Source: a virus (Duplodnaviria > Caudoviricetes). Taken from it: a stretch of 64,000 bases of DNA. This document shows positions 54,285-63,807 of this stretch, piece after piece; positions within the stretch are counted from its first letter, which is position 1, and the number at the start of each line of letters is the position of its first letter. The translations under genes and the position numbers were made by a program. The notes beneath the pieces were generated by a model. That model made no database searches and was not told where the DNA came from. It saw nothing but the letters and a program-made list of their open reading frames with translations. Where the stretch lies: IMG/VR virus record IMGVR_UViG_3300025387_000009; one strand, written 5' to 3'.

Positions 54285-54358
54285 GGGGGATTAGTTTAGT
54301 GCTAAAACGCTGCACTTGCACTGCGGAGTCTAGGGTTGAATTCCCTAATCCTCCACCA
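54285..54358 (+). tRNA. trnA: tRNA-Ala(UGC)
   Basis: G3-U70, loop CTTGCAC, CCA. Confidence 0.9.
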
Positions 54359-54399
54359 TTATACTTGACAAATAAATAAAAAAATCCTAAGATTAAAAA

Positions 54400-54918
54400 A
54401 TGGCTTTTATCTTAGAGGAAGAAATTATAAAAATTTGTAATGAGTTTGCTGAAAAATGCTGCCCAACAAATAAAGACGAATATGCTAGTAGGAATCAAAC
54501 AAACCTTGAAAAGATAAAGAAAGATATTCGTATAGGAAAAATGGCAGAGTTTGCTGTTTACTATATATTAAAAGAAAAAGGATTGGAAAATCTTACACCA
54601 CCCGATTTAAACATTTATAAAAAGAACGAAAAAAGTTTTGATGCTGACCTGACCTGCGAAGGTTATAAAATTCATGTAAAATCTCAAGATGTGCAATCTG
54701 CTAATGCATGGGGTGATAGTTGGACATTTCAAAAAGAAGATCCACTTATTAAATTAGCAAGTGATCATGATCATTTCATCGGAACTAAAGTTGATGAAAA
54801 AAATAGAAAGGTTGAGATTATGCTTTCACGAAAAGTAAAAGATTTAATATTTGGTCAACCTGTATTAGAAAAACTTAGAAAGTTTAAGGTTTGTGTTTAC
54901 TTGAAAGATAACAATTGA
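54400..54918 (+). CDS. Putative PD-(D/E)XK-like nuclease
   Basis: GKMAEFAV..FDADL..IHVKSQ. Confidence 0.5.
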   Translation: MAFILEEEIIKICNEFAEKCCPTNKDEYASRNQTNLEKIKKDIRIGKMAEFAVYYILKEKGLENLTPPDLNIYKKNEKSFDADLTCEGYKIHVKSQDVQSANAWGDSWTFQKEDPLIKLASDHDHFIGTKVDEKNRKVEIMLSRKVKDLIFGQPVLEKLRKFKVCVYLKDNN

Positions 54919-54989
54919 CAAATAAATAAAACCTGTTAGGATTATAAATTATGAATAATAACAACACGCTGAAAAGCTAGGAGGTAATT

Positions 54990-55625
54990 TTGGGAATGTT
55001 CGATAATATCAAATGTCAATTGCCTCTTCCATTGAATAAGAAGGAGCAAGCAAAGTTTTCCAATGTAAATTGGGATGAACAAGTTTTTCAATCTAAGGAT
55101 TTAGATTGCACACTTTCAACCTATATCATTAAAAAGAATGGTAAGGTTTATGGTCTTTTTGTTGAAGGTGAAAAAGTTCGTGTGATTTCCGAAAAGGAAG
55201 AAAAGAAAATTAAAAAGCAAGGTCGCTTCTGCTGGCCCTACGAATTTAAGGAGAAATCTAGAAAGTATAAGTTTGAAAAGTTTACTGGTGATCTTTATTT
55301 CTACGATCACATAGAAGATAACGATGGAAACGAGTGGTGGGTAGAATTCGTTGGAAAGTTTGTTAACGGAGTTATCCAAGGAAAACTTAAAAAAGTTGAA
55401 GTTCGTTTGTTTCAAACCGCAGAAGAGATAAAAAAAAATGAAGAGAATTGGCAAGAAAAAATTGCATTAGAACAAGCCAAACTTTCCAATAGAATCAAAA
55501 AAACTTTAAACAAATATACTGGTGGATACTGGAGAATTTTTTGGATTACTTTTGGTGGATACATTAGAAAATTTGCAAATAAAATTCAACACTTGGATAT
55601 TTGGATTAATCGTAACATCGCATAA
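54990..55625 (+). CDS. Conserved phage hypothetical protein
   Basis: MGMFDNIKC..FQSKDLDC motif. Confidence 0.65.
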   Translation: MGMFDNIKCQLPLPLNKKEQAKFSNVNWDEQVFQSKDLDCTLSTYIIKKNGKVYGLFVEGEKVRVISEKEEKKIKKQGRFCWPYEFKEKSRKYKFEKFTGDLYFYDHIEDNDGNEWWVEFVGKFVNGVIQGKLKKVEVRLFQTAEEIKKNEENWQEKIALEQAKLSNRIKKTLNKYTGGYWRIFWITFGGYIRKFANKIQHLDIWINRNIA

Positions 55626-55626
55626 T

Positions 55627-55885
55627 ATGACAAAATATATTACAATTCTATTAAGTTGTGTTTTTTTTTGGATGTACAGTTAACGGAGATTATGTAGTTT
55701 CTACCCCTGCTGTAAGTTACGCATACACATATCCTTATAGTTATGGATATGTATATCCTTATTATGGCTACACTTATCCTTACTATGGTGGTTGGGGTTG
55801 GGGTGGTTGGGGATATGGTTGGGGTGGATATTATGGCAGTTGGGGATATCGTGGTGGATGGGGTGGCGGTTGCTATCATAGATAA
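55627..55885 (+). pseudogene. Gly/Tyr/Trp-rich lipoprotein split by a T9 tract
   Basis: ATG 55627 frame stops after 18 aa; T8 would give MTKYITILLSCVFFGC fused to the YGGWG-rich ORF. Confidence 0.55.
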
Positions 55886-55922
55886 TCATTGACACAATTC
55901 CAAATTTATATATTATAGTAAT

Positions 55923-56765
55923 ATGAACATTATAGCTATTGGAGATATCCATAACCATTGGGTCGAAGCTGAACAGATTGCTTCTTTGTATGATAAGACT
56001 CATACTGTAGTTTTTACTGGTGATTATTTTGATGATTTTGGTGATACTGCCAATGATGCAATTCAGACTGCAAAGTGGCTCAAGGAATCTCTTGATAAGC
56101 CTAATCGTATCCATTTGATGGGTAATCATGATATCAATTATTCGTATTTGAATTATCTTAAAGACGAAAGTGGTCATATTCAAAACATTTATAATTGTTC
56201 TGGATATCATATGACTAAAGATGATGCTATTAATCGTGTGATGGATGAACAAGCATGGGATAAAATCAAGTTTGCTCATTTTGGTAATGGTGTATGGTTT
56301 ACTCATGCTGGTATTCACCCTCATTGGTTTGAACATCCTGTTAAGGGAATGGCTAACGATGTTATCATTGATAAAATTGCAAAGGCTACTGATGATTATC
56401 TTAATCGTACTTGGAATGAAATCATTGGTGCAGTAGGTCGTTGTCGTGGTGGTGTGCAAAGAGTTGGAGGAATTCTTTGGTGTGATGACTTTCAAGAAGG
56501 TCATGTTACTAGGGGATTACGCCAAGTTTATGGTCATACTCCTACTATGGGAAAAATTAATACTTGGTATGAGAATGGCGGTCTCAATGCCAATATTGAT
56601 TGCGGTCTTTGCCAAGTTCTTGAGATCGATGAAGATGGTAACGTAGAAGCACTTGATACGGATTTTCCAAACTTTTATCTTACTGCCCAAGAAAAAAGAA
56701 GAAAAAAAGCCTTGGAAACTATCGGTGCATATGATAGTATCTATAAAGATTTACCATTTGTATAA
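55923..56765 (+). CDS. Calcineurin-like metallophosphoesterase
   Basis: GDIHN, GDYFDD, GNHD, THAG, GHT. Confidence 0.88.
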   Translation: MNIIAIGDIHNHWVEAEQIASLYDKTHTVVFTGDYFDDFGDTANDAIQTAKWLKESLDKPNRIHLMGNHDINYSYLNYLKDESGHIQNIYNCSGYHMTKDDAINRVMDEQAWDKIKFAHFGNGVWFTHAGIHPHWFEHPVKGMANDVIIDKIAKATDDYLNRTWNEIIGAVGRCRGGVQRVGGILWCDDFQEGHVTRGLRQVYGHTPTMGKINTWYENGGLNANIDCGLCQVLEIDEDGNVEALDTDFPNFYLTAQEKRRKKALETIGAYDSIYKDLPFV

Positions 56766-56768
56766 AAT

Positions 56769-57080
56769 ATGAAACTGATCCCAATATCAACATTTCGAAA
56801 CAGCTATGTCATCCATGTAAGCAGAGATGTAGCCGAGATCTATGCAAAATACATTGAAGAATTGTCTTCATATGAAAACATGGATGGTGTAGCTGTTATC
56901 GTTAATACTACTGGTGCTTGTGCTATAGTTATCCCAAATGACAAGCCCATTAAGAAGATTGAAACAAATCTTTTTCAATTTGGTAGCAACAACCCCGAAA
57001 CAAAAAATTCTGGATTTTGGGGGCAGTGGGGATTTCATGAGCCTTCTTATCCCGCTAATGATGGATGGACAAAAATATGA
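56769..57080 (+). CDS. Hypothetical protein
   Basis: ORF track. Confidence 0.55.
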   Translation: MKLIPISTFRNSYVIHVSRDVAEIYAKYIEELSSYENMDGVAVIVNTTGACAIVIPNDKPIKKIETNLFQFGSNNPETKNSGFWGQWGFHEPSYPANDGWTKI

Positions 57081-57289
57081 TAATGGAAATTATTAAAATA
57101 TCGGCGGCAATTATTCTCAGTGTAACAGCACTAGGTATAGTTATCTTTCTTTTAACTTTTGCTTATTGGTTAGCAAGTGGGTTTATTCAAGGCGTTAAAG
57201 AAACATTGAAAGACCTTCCCAAAATAATCGAAGAAAGAAAAGCCGAAAGAATCAGGAGAAAACTAGACAATAAAAACTATTACAAATGA
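57077..57289 (+). CDS. Small membrane protein
   Basis: TM helix. Confidence 0.55.
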   Translation: MIMEIIKISAAIILSVTALGIVIFLLTFAYWLASGFIQGVKETLKDLPKIIEERKAERIRRKLDNKNYYK

Positions 57290-57576
57290 GCGAAACAAAA
57301 TATAAAATTGTATATGATGAAATGTCCTGCTATGGTTGGGGATTTTCTATCAATGATGTGTGGAGGAGTGGAGAAGTAGAAGAAAGCGTTAAGCAACCCG
57401 AAGAGGATGATGAACTTCTGGATTATCTTCTCCTTAAACTCAAAGAAGGAATTAAAGACAATACCTGTTCATTCAAAGATCTTGTAGAATGCTTTCAATG
57501 TGATGATACTGAATTTGATCGAAGCTCTTGTGATGATTGTGGTCATTCTGGGTATAGAACAACTTGGAATATATGA
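57286..57576 (+). CDS. Hypothetical protein, C-terminal CDDC
   Basis: ORF track. Confidence 0.6.
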   Translation: MSETKYKIVYDEMSCYGWGFSINDVWRSGEVEESVKQPEEDDELLDYLLLKLKEGIKDNTCSFKDLVECFQCDDTEFDRSSCDDCGHSGYRTTWNI

Positions 57577-57875
57577 AAGATAAAGCTAAAACATTCTGGT
57601 TTGGAATAAAGATAACAGTTTGTATATTGGCTATACCTCTTACACCTATTTTAGTTATAACAGGATGTGCGTATTTTGATCCACCTGAACCTACCCATTA
57701 TTATAAGATCCAAAGGTTAAATTATAACGGTGAAGTAATTCAAACTTATTATAGTAAGTCATATCCTTGGGGAACAGACTTTATTGACTTTAAAGAATAT
57801 CCTTCTGACAAGTGGATTAAGTTTAAATCTCCTTATACTGCTGAAGATATCGGAACAAACAAACCTATTTTTTAA
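57573..57875 (+). CDS. Membrane-anchored hypothetical protein
   Basis: TM ending ITGC. Confidence 0.55.
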   Translation: MKDKAKTFWFGIKITVCILAIPLTPILVITGCAYFDPPEPTHYYKIQRLNYNGEVIQTYYSKSYPWGTDFIDFKEYPSDKWIKFKSPYTAEDIGTNKPIF

Positions 57876-58003
57876 TATGCAAGATTATACTAATGGTGAT
57901 CCAATTTTAATGGGATTTTTTATTTTACTCATAGGATGTGTAGTGTGGGGACTTTTTAATAATAAATCTTGACTCTCTTTTAATATTCCATAAAATAAAA
58001 CTG

Positions 58004-58234
58004 ATGACTGTAAAAGAACTAATAGAACAACTTCAGAAATTTGATCCAGAACAAATTGTTGTTGTGGATGGTTATGAAACTGGATTTGATGAAATAAAAG
58101 AAGTAGAATATATTGCTGGTCTTAAAAAGTTACCAGAAGATAAAGCTTGGTACGATGGCGAATATCAAAAAGCACCAAATATAACTTGGATGCAAGATCT
58201 TGTGAATGCTGTTTACCTCCCTCGTTTATCATGA
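58004..58234 (+). CDS. Conserved small phage protein
   Basis: MTVKELIEQLQKFDPE..VVVDGYE. Confidence 0.65.
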   Translation: MTVKELIEQLQKFDPEQIVVVDGYETGFDEIKEVEYIAGLKKLPEDKAWYDGEYQKAPNITWMQDLVNAVYLPRLS

Positions 58235-58650
58235 AAGGTGTAATCTCTTTTGATTTTGATGACACACTTGCGTCATTATCTGATGAAAAGCAAGGTCTTC
58301 TTTGGTGTATAATGGATGTATTAAAACCCATCCAAAAGGTTATTGATCTTGTTTTCGAAAAGCATAATGAAGGATATATCATTGATATCGTGACTGCAAG
58401 AGATGCATGGGCAATACAAGAAGTTCGTGATTTTATTGAAGAACATAAATTACCAATTCGTAAAATTCATTACACTGCTGGTGGATCAAAAGTACCAATT
58501 CTTAAAGAAATTAAAAGTGTTCTCCATGTTGATGATATTCTCAATCATGTAATTCAAGCTGAAATGAATGGAATTCCTTGTCTTTTGGTTGATGATGGTA
58601 GACATAAAAATAATACTACCGCCGATCAATTTGATAAAATTTTGATTTGA
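58231..58650 (+). CDS. HAD-superfamily phosphatase-like protein
   Basis: ISFDFDDTL, VTAR, SK, HVDD. Confidence 0.75.
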   Translation: MKGVISFDFDDTLASLSDEKQGLLWCIMDVLKPIQKVIDLVFEKHNEGYIIDIVTARDAWAIQEVRDFIEEHKLPIRKIHYTAGGSKVPILKEIKSVLHVDDILNHVIQAEMNGIPCLLVDDGRHKNNTTADQFDKILI

Positions 58651-58683
58651 CAGAATTAGAAAGTTCAATTACTATATAAAAAT

Positions 58684-59040
58684 ATGAAATACCAAATACG
58701 CAAAGTAGAAGAGATAACCCTGTGGCAAGCAACCGAGGTTGCAGAACTTGATCCAGAGGCATTTAGGAACCTTGAGGAGAATCCCTACACTGGTAATAGT
58801 GAAGAGGAATTTCTAAAGTATATCCAAGGATTTATCAATAATTGCAGATGGGATGGGTTCCCAAGCGATCTTGACGATGATGTAGAAGAGGAACTCGACA
58901 AGATGGTAGATAATGTCATGTGGACAGAGTATGCCAATTCCTGTGAGAAGGGAGAAACTTCTTGGTTCCAGAGTGGAGAGAAGAACGATGAATATCGTAA
59001 GACCGGAGGATTTAAGATTAATTTTGACGTAGCAAATTAA
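58684..59040 (+). CDS. Acidic hypothetical protein
   Basis: TTGACA-17-TACTAT upstream. Confidence 0.65.
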   Translation: MKYQIRKVEEITLWQATEVAELDPEAFRNLEENPYTGNSEEEFLKYIQGFINNCRWDGFPSDLDDDVEEELDKMVDNVMWTEYANSCEKGETSWFQSGEKNDEYRKTGGFKINFDVAN

Positions 59041-59276
59041 TGAATAACAATACCAGTGTTCAAGTAAATGTAAAACTTGATGATTATTTTTTAACATTCA
59101 GACAATCGCCAGATAATTACGAATGGACTGAAATGTTTACTATGGATACTTGTTCAAGTCATTTGGACGCAAATCGTCACCCTAGAAGTTTTATGACTTT
59201 TGAAAACTATGAGCTTGATTCTATCATTAAAGCATTGACAGCATATAGAGATACTGTTAAGATGATAAGACAATAA
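59040..59276 (+). CDS. Hypothetical protein
   Basis: TAATG overlap. Confidence 0.55.
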   Translation: MNNNTSVQVNVKLDDYFLTFRQSPDNYEWTEMFTMDTCSSHLDANRHPRSFMTFENYELDSIIKALTAYRDTVKMIRQ

Positions 59277-59279
59277 TTT

Positions 59280-59391
59280 GACTAGGGTGCGAGTTCTTAA
59301 AGCTAAAGAACTTCCGCAACAGGTGATAGCGAAGCATAGTATACGATGAACGTGTAGCCTGTCCGAAGTACTGTCAAGGTATTTCCTAGTC
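59280..59391 (+). ncRNA. Candidate four-stem intergenic RNA
   Basis: GACTAGG/CCTAGTC closing stem; GAGTTCTT/AAGAACTT; ACAGG/CCTGT; AGTAC/GTATT. Confidence 0.45.
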
Positions 59392-59405
59392 TCCCCTTTA
59401 AAAAT

Positions 59406-59738
59406 ATGACAAAACAATCCTTTGAAAAGATTATTTTAAACCTCCAACTTGCTCATAAGAAATCTCGTGAGTTATATAAGTTTGGTGTTGATCTCATGCA
59501 GTATGATGAAAACTATGAGTTTGTAATTGATGAACTATTTAAAGCAACCTTTAATGAAGAACAGAGAGGTTGGGTTGATTGGTTCCTTTATGAGAGAGAA
59601 GGATTCAACGGTAAGATTCAAAAAGCATGGAAAAAAGTTGGTAGAAAGAAAGTAGAGATTTGCCACACAATTGATTCATTATGGGAAACGGTTCATGAAG
59701 CCGGTCATCCTCAAAAAATTGATCCTAATAGAATATGA
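59406..59738 (+). CDS. Hypothetical protein
   Basis: ORF track. Confidence 0.65.
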   Translation: MTKQSFEKIILNLQLAHKKSRELYKFGVDLMQYDENYEFVIDELFKATFNEEQRGWVDWFLYEREGFNGKIQKAWKKVGRKKVEICHTIDSLWETVHEAGHPQKIDPNRI

Positions 59739-59992
59739 AAAAGAAAAAGAAAGAAAAATTCAATTACGAACTTATTCGTAATGGTATACAGTTCTTGAAT
59801 GATCTGAACAATGCAAAGAATGAATCTTTGTATTTCCATAAAGAGAATGAAAATTACTATGAGACTCCTGATTGGCTTCAGAATCGTTATAACCAAGCTA
59901 TGCAAGATCTTGGTCGCTGGTTAGTCAGAGACTATCAAGAGGAAGATGAATACATGGATGCACTAGAATCCACTGGTGATACTGATTTTTAA
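59735..59992 (+). CDS. Hypothetical protein
   Basis: ORF track. Confidence 0.55.
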   Translation: MKKKKKEKFNYELIRNGIQFLNDLNNAKNESLYFHKENENYYETPDWLQNRYNQAMQDLGRWLVRDYQEEDEYMDALESTGDTDF

Positions 59993-59996
59993 TATT

Positions 59997-60287
59997 ATGG
60001 ACATAGAATCAATTGATCCCACCAAAATAAAGAAAATACCCTTTATTAATGTGGAACTTGCTGAAGTTGGAGATGGGTTTTCTATTACAAATGTAATATG
60101 GAAAACTAGTCATGTTCATACTAATAGTGTTATTAGTGCATGTACTAATATTTTACACACCTTTATTAATAGTGCTCCAGAAGAAAAACAAATTGAACTA
60201 GAAGAATATCTAATGAATGGTTTGATTAAAAATATGCAAGATCGTTTTGAACACACAAGAAGTGTTGTAGTTGACATCTCATCTTAA
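59997..60287 (+). CDS. Hypothetical protein
   Basis: ORF track. Confidence 0.55.
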   Translation: MDIESIDPTKIKKIPFINVELAEVGDGFSITNVIWKTSHVHTNSVISACTNILHTFINSAPEEKQIELEEYLMNGLIKNMQDRFEHTRSVVVDISS

Positions 60288-60330
60288 ATGTAACCTTCCC
60301 ACTACATATTTCCGAAATATGTATAAGGAT

Positions 60331-60369
60331 CTTGACACCTCCTCCTAAAGCATATAGAATAAGATTATG
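60331..60369 (+). promoter_or_regulatory. Repeated promoter, copy 1
   Basis: CTTGACA-CCTCCTCCTAAAGCATA-TAGAAT-AAGATT-ATG. Confidence 0.85.
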
Positions 60370-60472
60370 AAACAACTTAAGAACCTTTTTTATACAGTCA
60401 TTGCAACTATTGCAGCACTCTATGTCTATTATCTGATCTCTGGTGAAGTAATTTGTTTTAAGCATCTTTAAA

Positions 60473-60781
60473 ATGGAACAAGAGATTTCAAGCTCTGAAT
60501 TTGATGTCATTGTAAAGAAGACAAATAGCTATCACTGTAAGGATGGTGGTCCTATAAATCTGTTTTGTAAGTTTCCATCCATAAAACAGAGTGTACATGT
60601 TGCTTGTTGCAGACAATTTCAGAGTTTTAATGATATGCTTAATTGGCTTATTGAAAACAAAGGCATTGTTCTTTATAAGATATATGATACACCTAATGGT
60701 TTCATTGTGAGATATTATGATGATGTTAAGTTTAACTGGCTCACAAAGTTATGGCATAGCTTTTGGTCTTTTTGGATTTAA
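60473..60781 (+). CDS. Hypothetical protein
   Basis: ORF track. Confidence 0.55.
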   Translation: MEQEISSSEFDVIVKKTNSYHCKDGGPINLFCKFPSIKQSVHVACCRQFQSFNDMLNWLIENKGIVLYKIYDTPNGFIVRYYDDVKFNWLTKLWHSFWSFWI

Positions 60782-60783
60782 TT

Positions 60784-60822
60784 CTTGACACCTCCTCCTA
60801 AAGCATATAGAATAAGATTATG
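60784..60822 (+). promoter_or_regulatory. Repeated promoter, copy 2
   Basis: Identical to copy 1 over 39 bp. Confidence 0.85.
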
Positions 60823-61944
60823 AATACAGAAAACACAAATGCAGCAAAAGAATTACCAAAGGTTTTGACATTTGGTGAAAACAATGAATGGGCAGTTCAT
60901 CATGATGATGGATGTCTAATTTTTCATCCTCAATGGAATACCAATCCCCATAATACCTCTACATATATTTGGAGAGAAGCTTGGGAGTTTGTCCAGAATC
61001 AAGGTGGGTTTGATAATCTTGTTGCTCGTCTTAGAGATATAAAAGCCAGAAAGTATAAGAAACTTCTTCTTAACTTTGCAGAAGAGACAGGTGTTGATCC
61101 ATCCTTTGTTGGATTCCAAGGACATGACTTTAGTTTCCGTGGTATGAGTGGAGCAGAGGATGCAGCTATGACAGGTGCTGGTCACTTGACTAGCTTTGTA
61201 GGAACCGATACTGTTCCTGCTATCGACTTCCTCGAAGACTATTATAACGCTAATGCAGATAAAGAACTTGTTGGTTGTTCTGTTCCTGCTACTGAGCATA
61301 GTGTCATGACTCTTAATGCCAAATTTGGTGAGGGAGAGCCTGATGAGTATGATAGCTTCAAGCGTCTTATTACCGAACTCTATCCTATTGGTATTGTTTC
61401 TATTGTCTCTGATAGTTTTGATTTTTGGGGAGTTCTTAGTAAGATTTTACCTAACCTAAAAGAAGAGATCATGGCTCGTAATGGCAAGGTTGTCATTCGT
61501 CCTGACTCTGGAGACCCAGTTAAGATCGTAGCAGGATATAATAACGATGAATACTATCTTGACAATGGTTACTTCAAAGAAGTTGGTACTGATAAGATTC
61601 TTAATCTTAATGAGATTATTGGTGCAGTAGAACTTTTATGGGCTATTTTTGGTGGAACTGTTACTGATAAAGGTTATAAGTCTTTGGATTCGCATATTGG
61701 GCTGATCTATGGTGATTCTATCACACTTGATCGTGCAAATGAAATCCTTACTCGTTTGAAGAACAAGGGATTTGCTTCCAACAATATCGTCTTTGGTATT
61801 GGTTCTTACACCTATCAGTACCAGACTCGTGATACTCTTGGCTTTGCTGTTAAGGCAACCGCTGGTATCGTCAATGGTGAGGTCAAGGAGATCTTCAAGA
61901 AGCCTAAGACCGATGATGGTATGAAGAATAGTGCAGGATGTTGA
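60820..61944 (+). CDS. nadV: Nicotinamide phosphoribosyltransferase core, truncated at both ends and fused to an unrelated N-terminus
   Basis: HDFSFRG, SVPATEHSVM, SIVSDS, VIRPDSGDP, IYGDSIT, FGIGSYTYQY..RDT.GFAVKAT. Confidence 0.85.
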   Translation: MNTENTNAAKELPKVLTFGENNEWAVHHDDGCLIFHPQWNTNPHNTSTYIWREAWEFVQNQGGFDNLVARLRDIKARKYKKLLLNFAEETGVDPSFVGFQGHDFSFRGMSGAEDAAMTGAGHLTSFVGTDTVPAIDFLEDYYNANADKELVGCSVPATEHSVMTLNAKFGEGEPDEYDSFKRLITELYPIGIVSIVSDSFDFWGVLSKILPNLKEEIMARNGKVVIRPDSGDPVKIVAGYNNDEYYLDNGYFKEVGTDKILNLNEIIGAVELLWAIFGGTVTDKGYKSLDSHIGLIYGDSITLDRANEILTRLKNKGFASNNIVFGIGSYTYQYQTRDTLGFAVKATAGIVNGEVKEIFKKPKTDDGMKNSAGC

Positions 61945-61969
61945 CACCTCCTCCTAAAGCATATAGAAT
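61941..61969 (+). promoter_or_regulatory. Repeated promoter, copy 3
   Basis: Its TTGACA supplies the NAMPT stop codon. Confidence 0.85.
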
Positions 61970-61978
61970 ATAAAAACC

Positions 61979-62149
61979 ATGAATAAACAATTTACAAAAG
62001 TATTTGATAATGTTAGTGCCCAGATTGAAGATGCTATAGCTCCTGTTTATGAGCTTTTTGCAAATGAAAAAATTACAAGTAAAGAATATGTAGATTTTTT
62101 AACTTTACAAGTAGAATGGTTAAATGAAGAGATAAAAAACCATCAATAG
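61979..62149 (+). CDS. Small hypothetical protein (56 aa)
   Basis: Hand-translated MNKQFTKVFD... Confidence 0.55.
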   Translation: MNKQFTKVFDNVSAQIEDAIAPVYELFANEKITSKEYVDFLTLQVEWLNEEIKNHQ

Positions 62150-62339
62150 AACTCTATTAAAATAATATGACTAAAGAATCAGTCTATGTGACAATTAAAT
62201 TTTCTGAAAGTAAACCACTCAAAATTATGAAATTTCTTTTAAATGGAATATTTGAAGTCTTTAAAGGCATTGGATTAATTTTTACATGTAGAAAATAATT
62301 TTCTTGCATTGTCCTAAAATTTCCAATATATTAAAAATC

Positions 62340-62603
62340 ATGAAAAACAAACTATACTTGTATCTCATCTCACAGAATGTCAACAATGACTATGACACTT
62401 ATGATTCAGCAGTTGTTGTGGCTCCTAATCCAAAATCAGCAAAGCTAATACATCCTTGTGGTGATTATGTGTTGTCAGAACTAGATTGGAAAAAAGATTG
62501 CACTTGGTGTCCTTCGCCTAATGATGTAAATGTGAAGTGTATTGGTGTAGCATCTAAAGGTCAAAAAGTAGGTGTTGTTTTATCTTCTTATAATGCTGGA
62601 TAA
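62340..62603 (+). CDS. Conserved small phage protein
   Basis: YDTYDSAVVVA..HP..IGVA..SYNAG. Confidence 0.65.
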   Translation: MKNKLYLYLISQNVNNDYDTYDSAVVVAPNPKSAKLIHPCGDYVLSELDWKKDCTWCPSPNDVNVKCIGVASKGQKVGVVLSSYNAG

Positions 62604-62643
62604 TTTTCTTGCATTATCCTGAAATTTCTAATATACTGAATGT

Positions 62644-62892
62644 ATGAAAATTAACTATGGTTGGTATATAAGAGATAAAAACACAGGAAATCTTGTTTGT
62701 GCTGATGATTATATCAGTTACATTAACGAGGATAGATATGTAAAGTGTACCTATCCTAGATTCAAATACGAAAGTTTTTTAACTGAAGAAGATGCTGTTA
62801 AAGCTCTTAATGAATATCTTAATTATAAATATCATGAACCATATGAGGGTACATATGTCCTTTTAAAGGAATTTGGTCAACCAACTAATTAA
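62644..62892 (+). CDS. Hypothetical protein
   Basis: Preceded by second copy of a TTTTCTTGCATT..AATATA promoter (62298 and 62603). Confidence 0.6.
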   Translation: MKINYGWYIRDKNTGNLVCADDYISYINEDRYVKCTYPRFKYESFLTEEDAVKALNEYLNYKYHEPYEGTYVLLKEFGQPTN

Positions 62893-63348
62893 ATGAATAA
62901 AACTATGAACATAAAAAAAATATTAAAAGAACTTGTGACTTATTATGAATACACAAGACAAGCTGGACACACTACTGCTGTTATTGAAGGTGTAAGATAT
63001 AAACCAAAAACTATTGTTGTCACCAATTCTAAAGAAATGAGCAATCATTATAAAGAGGTATGCTCAGATGAACTCCATACAATAACACTCAATTATATTG
63101 GCAGTAGTTTGAGAGGACACAACAGACCCATTGTTTTTGATAATGCAGCATTGCATGTAATTTTTAGTGAAGCATTAAAGACAATTGAAAGTATTGAAAC
63201 CAAGAACAATGGTAATCAAGAAAAAGATATCTTTGATATTATGGATGTGCTTTCTGGAGATATTGAAGAGGTTGTCATAAAGGGAATCAGATATAAGAAG
63301 ATTACAGAAACAAAAACTACTTGGAAAAAGCTTGACACCTCCTCCTAA
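62893..63348 (+). CDS. Hypothetical protein whose stop lies in promoter repeat 4
   Basis: Ends KLDTSS, encoded by the repeat. Confidence 0.6.
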   Translation: MNKTMNIKKILKELVTYYEYTRQAGHTTAVIEGVRYKPKTIVVTNSKEMSNHYKEVCSDELHTITLNYIGSSLRGHNRPIVFDNAALHVIFSEALKTIESIETKNNGNQEKDIFDIMDVLSGDIEEVVIKGIRYKKITETKTTWKKLDTSS

Positions 63349-63369
63349 AGCATATAGAATAAGAATATG
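63331..63369 (+). promoter_or_regulatory. Repeated promoter, copy 4
   Basis: One mismatch to copy 1. Confidence 0.85.
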
Positions 63370-63660
63370 CAAAAAAATTATTATATTGCTGAAGATATAG
63401 ATCAAGTTGTTCTTGGTGCTATTGGTTACAAAGTAACTCATCAAGATGGACAAATTATTTTTGAAGAGGCAGCACCATTTCACTGGGCGCATAAGGTATT
63501 TGCTTTTGAAAAGATAAAAGGAATAAACAACACTGCTGGTATTTGGTATTTAGTTCACATGGATTCAAGTAGTGAAAGAGTTCCAGCACATCACATTTAT
63601 GGAGCAATAGAATACTGTGAAGATGTTTATGGAAAAAGCTTTGAAGGGCTACCAACATAA
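63367..63660 (+). CDS. Hypothetical protein
   Basis: ORF track. Confidence 0.6.
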   Translation: MQKNYYIAEDIDQVVLGAIGYKVTHQDGQIIFEEAAPFHWAHKVFAFEKIKGINNTAGIWYLVHMDSSSERVPAHHIYGAIEYCEDVYGKSFEGLPT

Positions 63661-63665
63661 AACCT

Positions 63666-63704
63666 CTTGACACTTCCTCCTAAAGCATATAGAATAAGAT
63701 TATG
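63666..63704 (+). promoter_or_regulatory. Repeated promoter, copy 5
   Basis: One mismatch to copy 1; drives a ~34-aa hydrophobic ORF. Confidence 0.85.
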
Positions 63705-63807
63705 AACATTGATTTAAATTCTAAAACAGTATTTGTCACAATATTTGTAGTGTATTCTATATTTTGTTATACATTTGGCTATGCAATTGGCAGATTTTTT
63801 AAATAAG

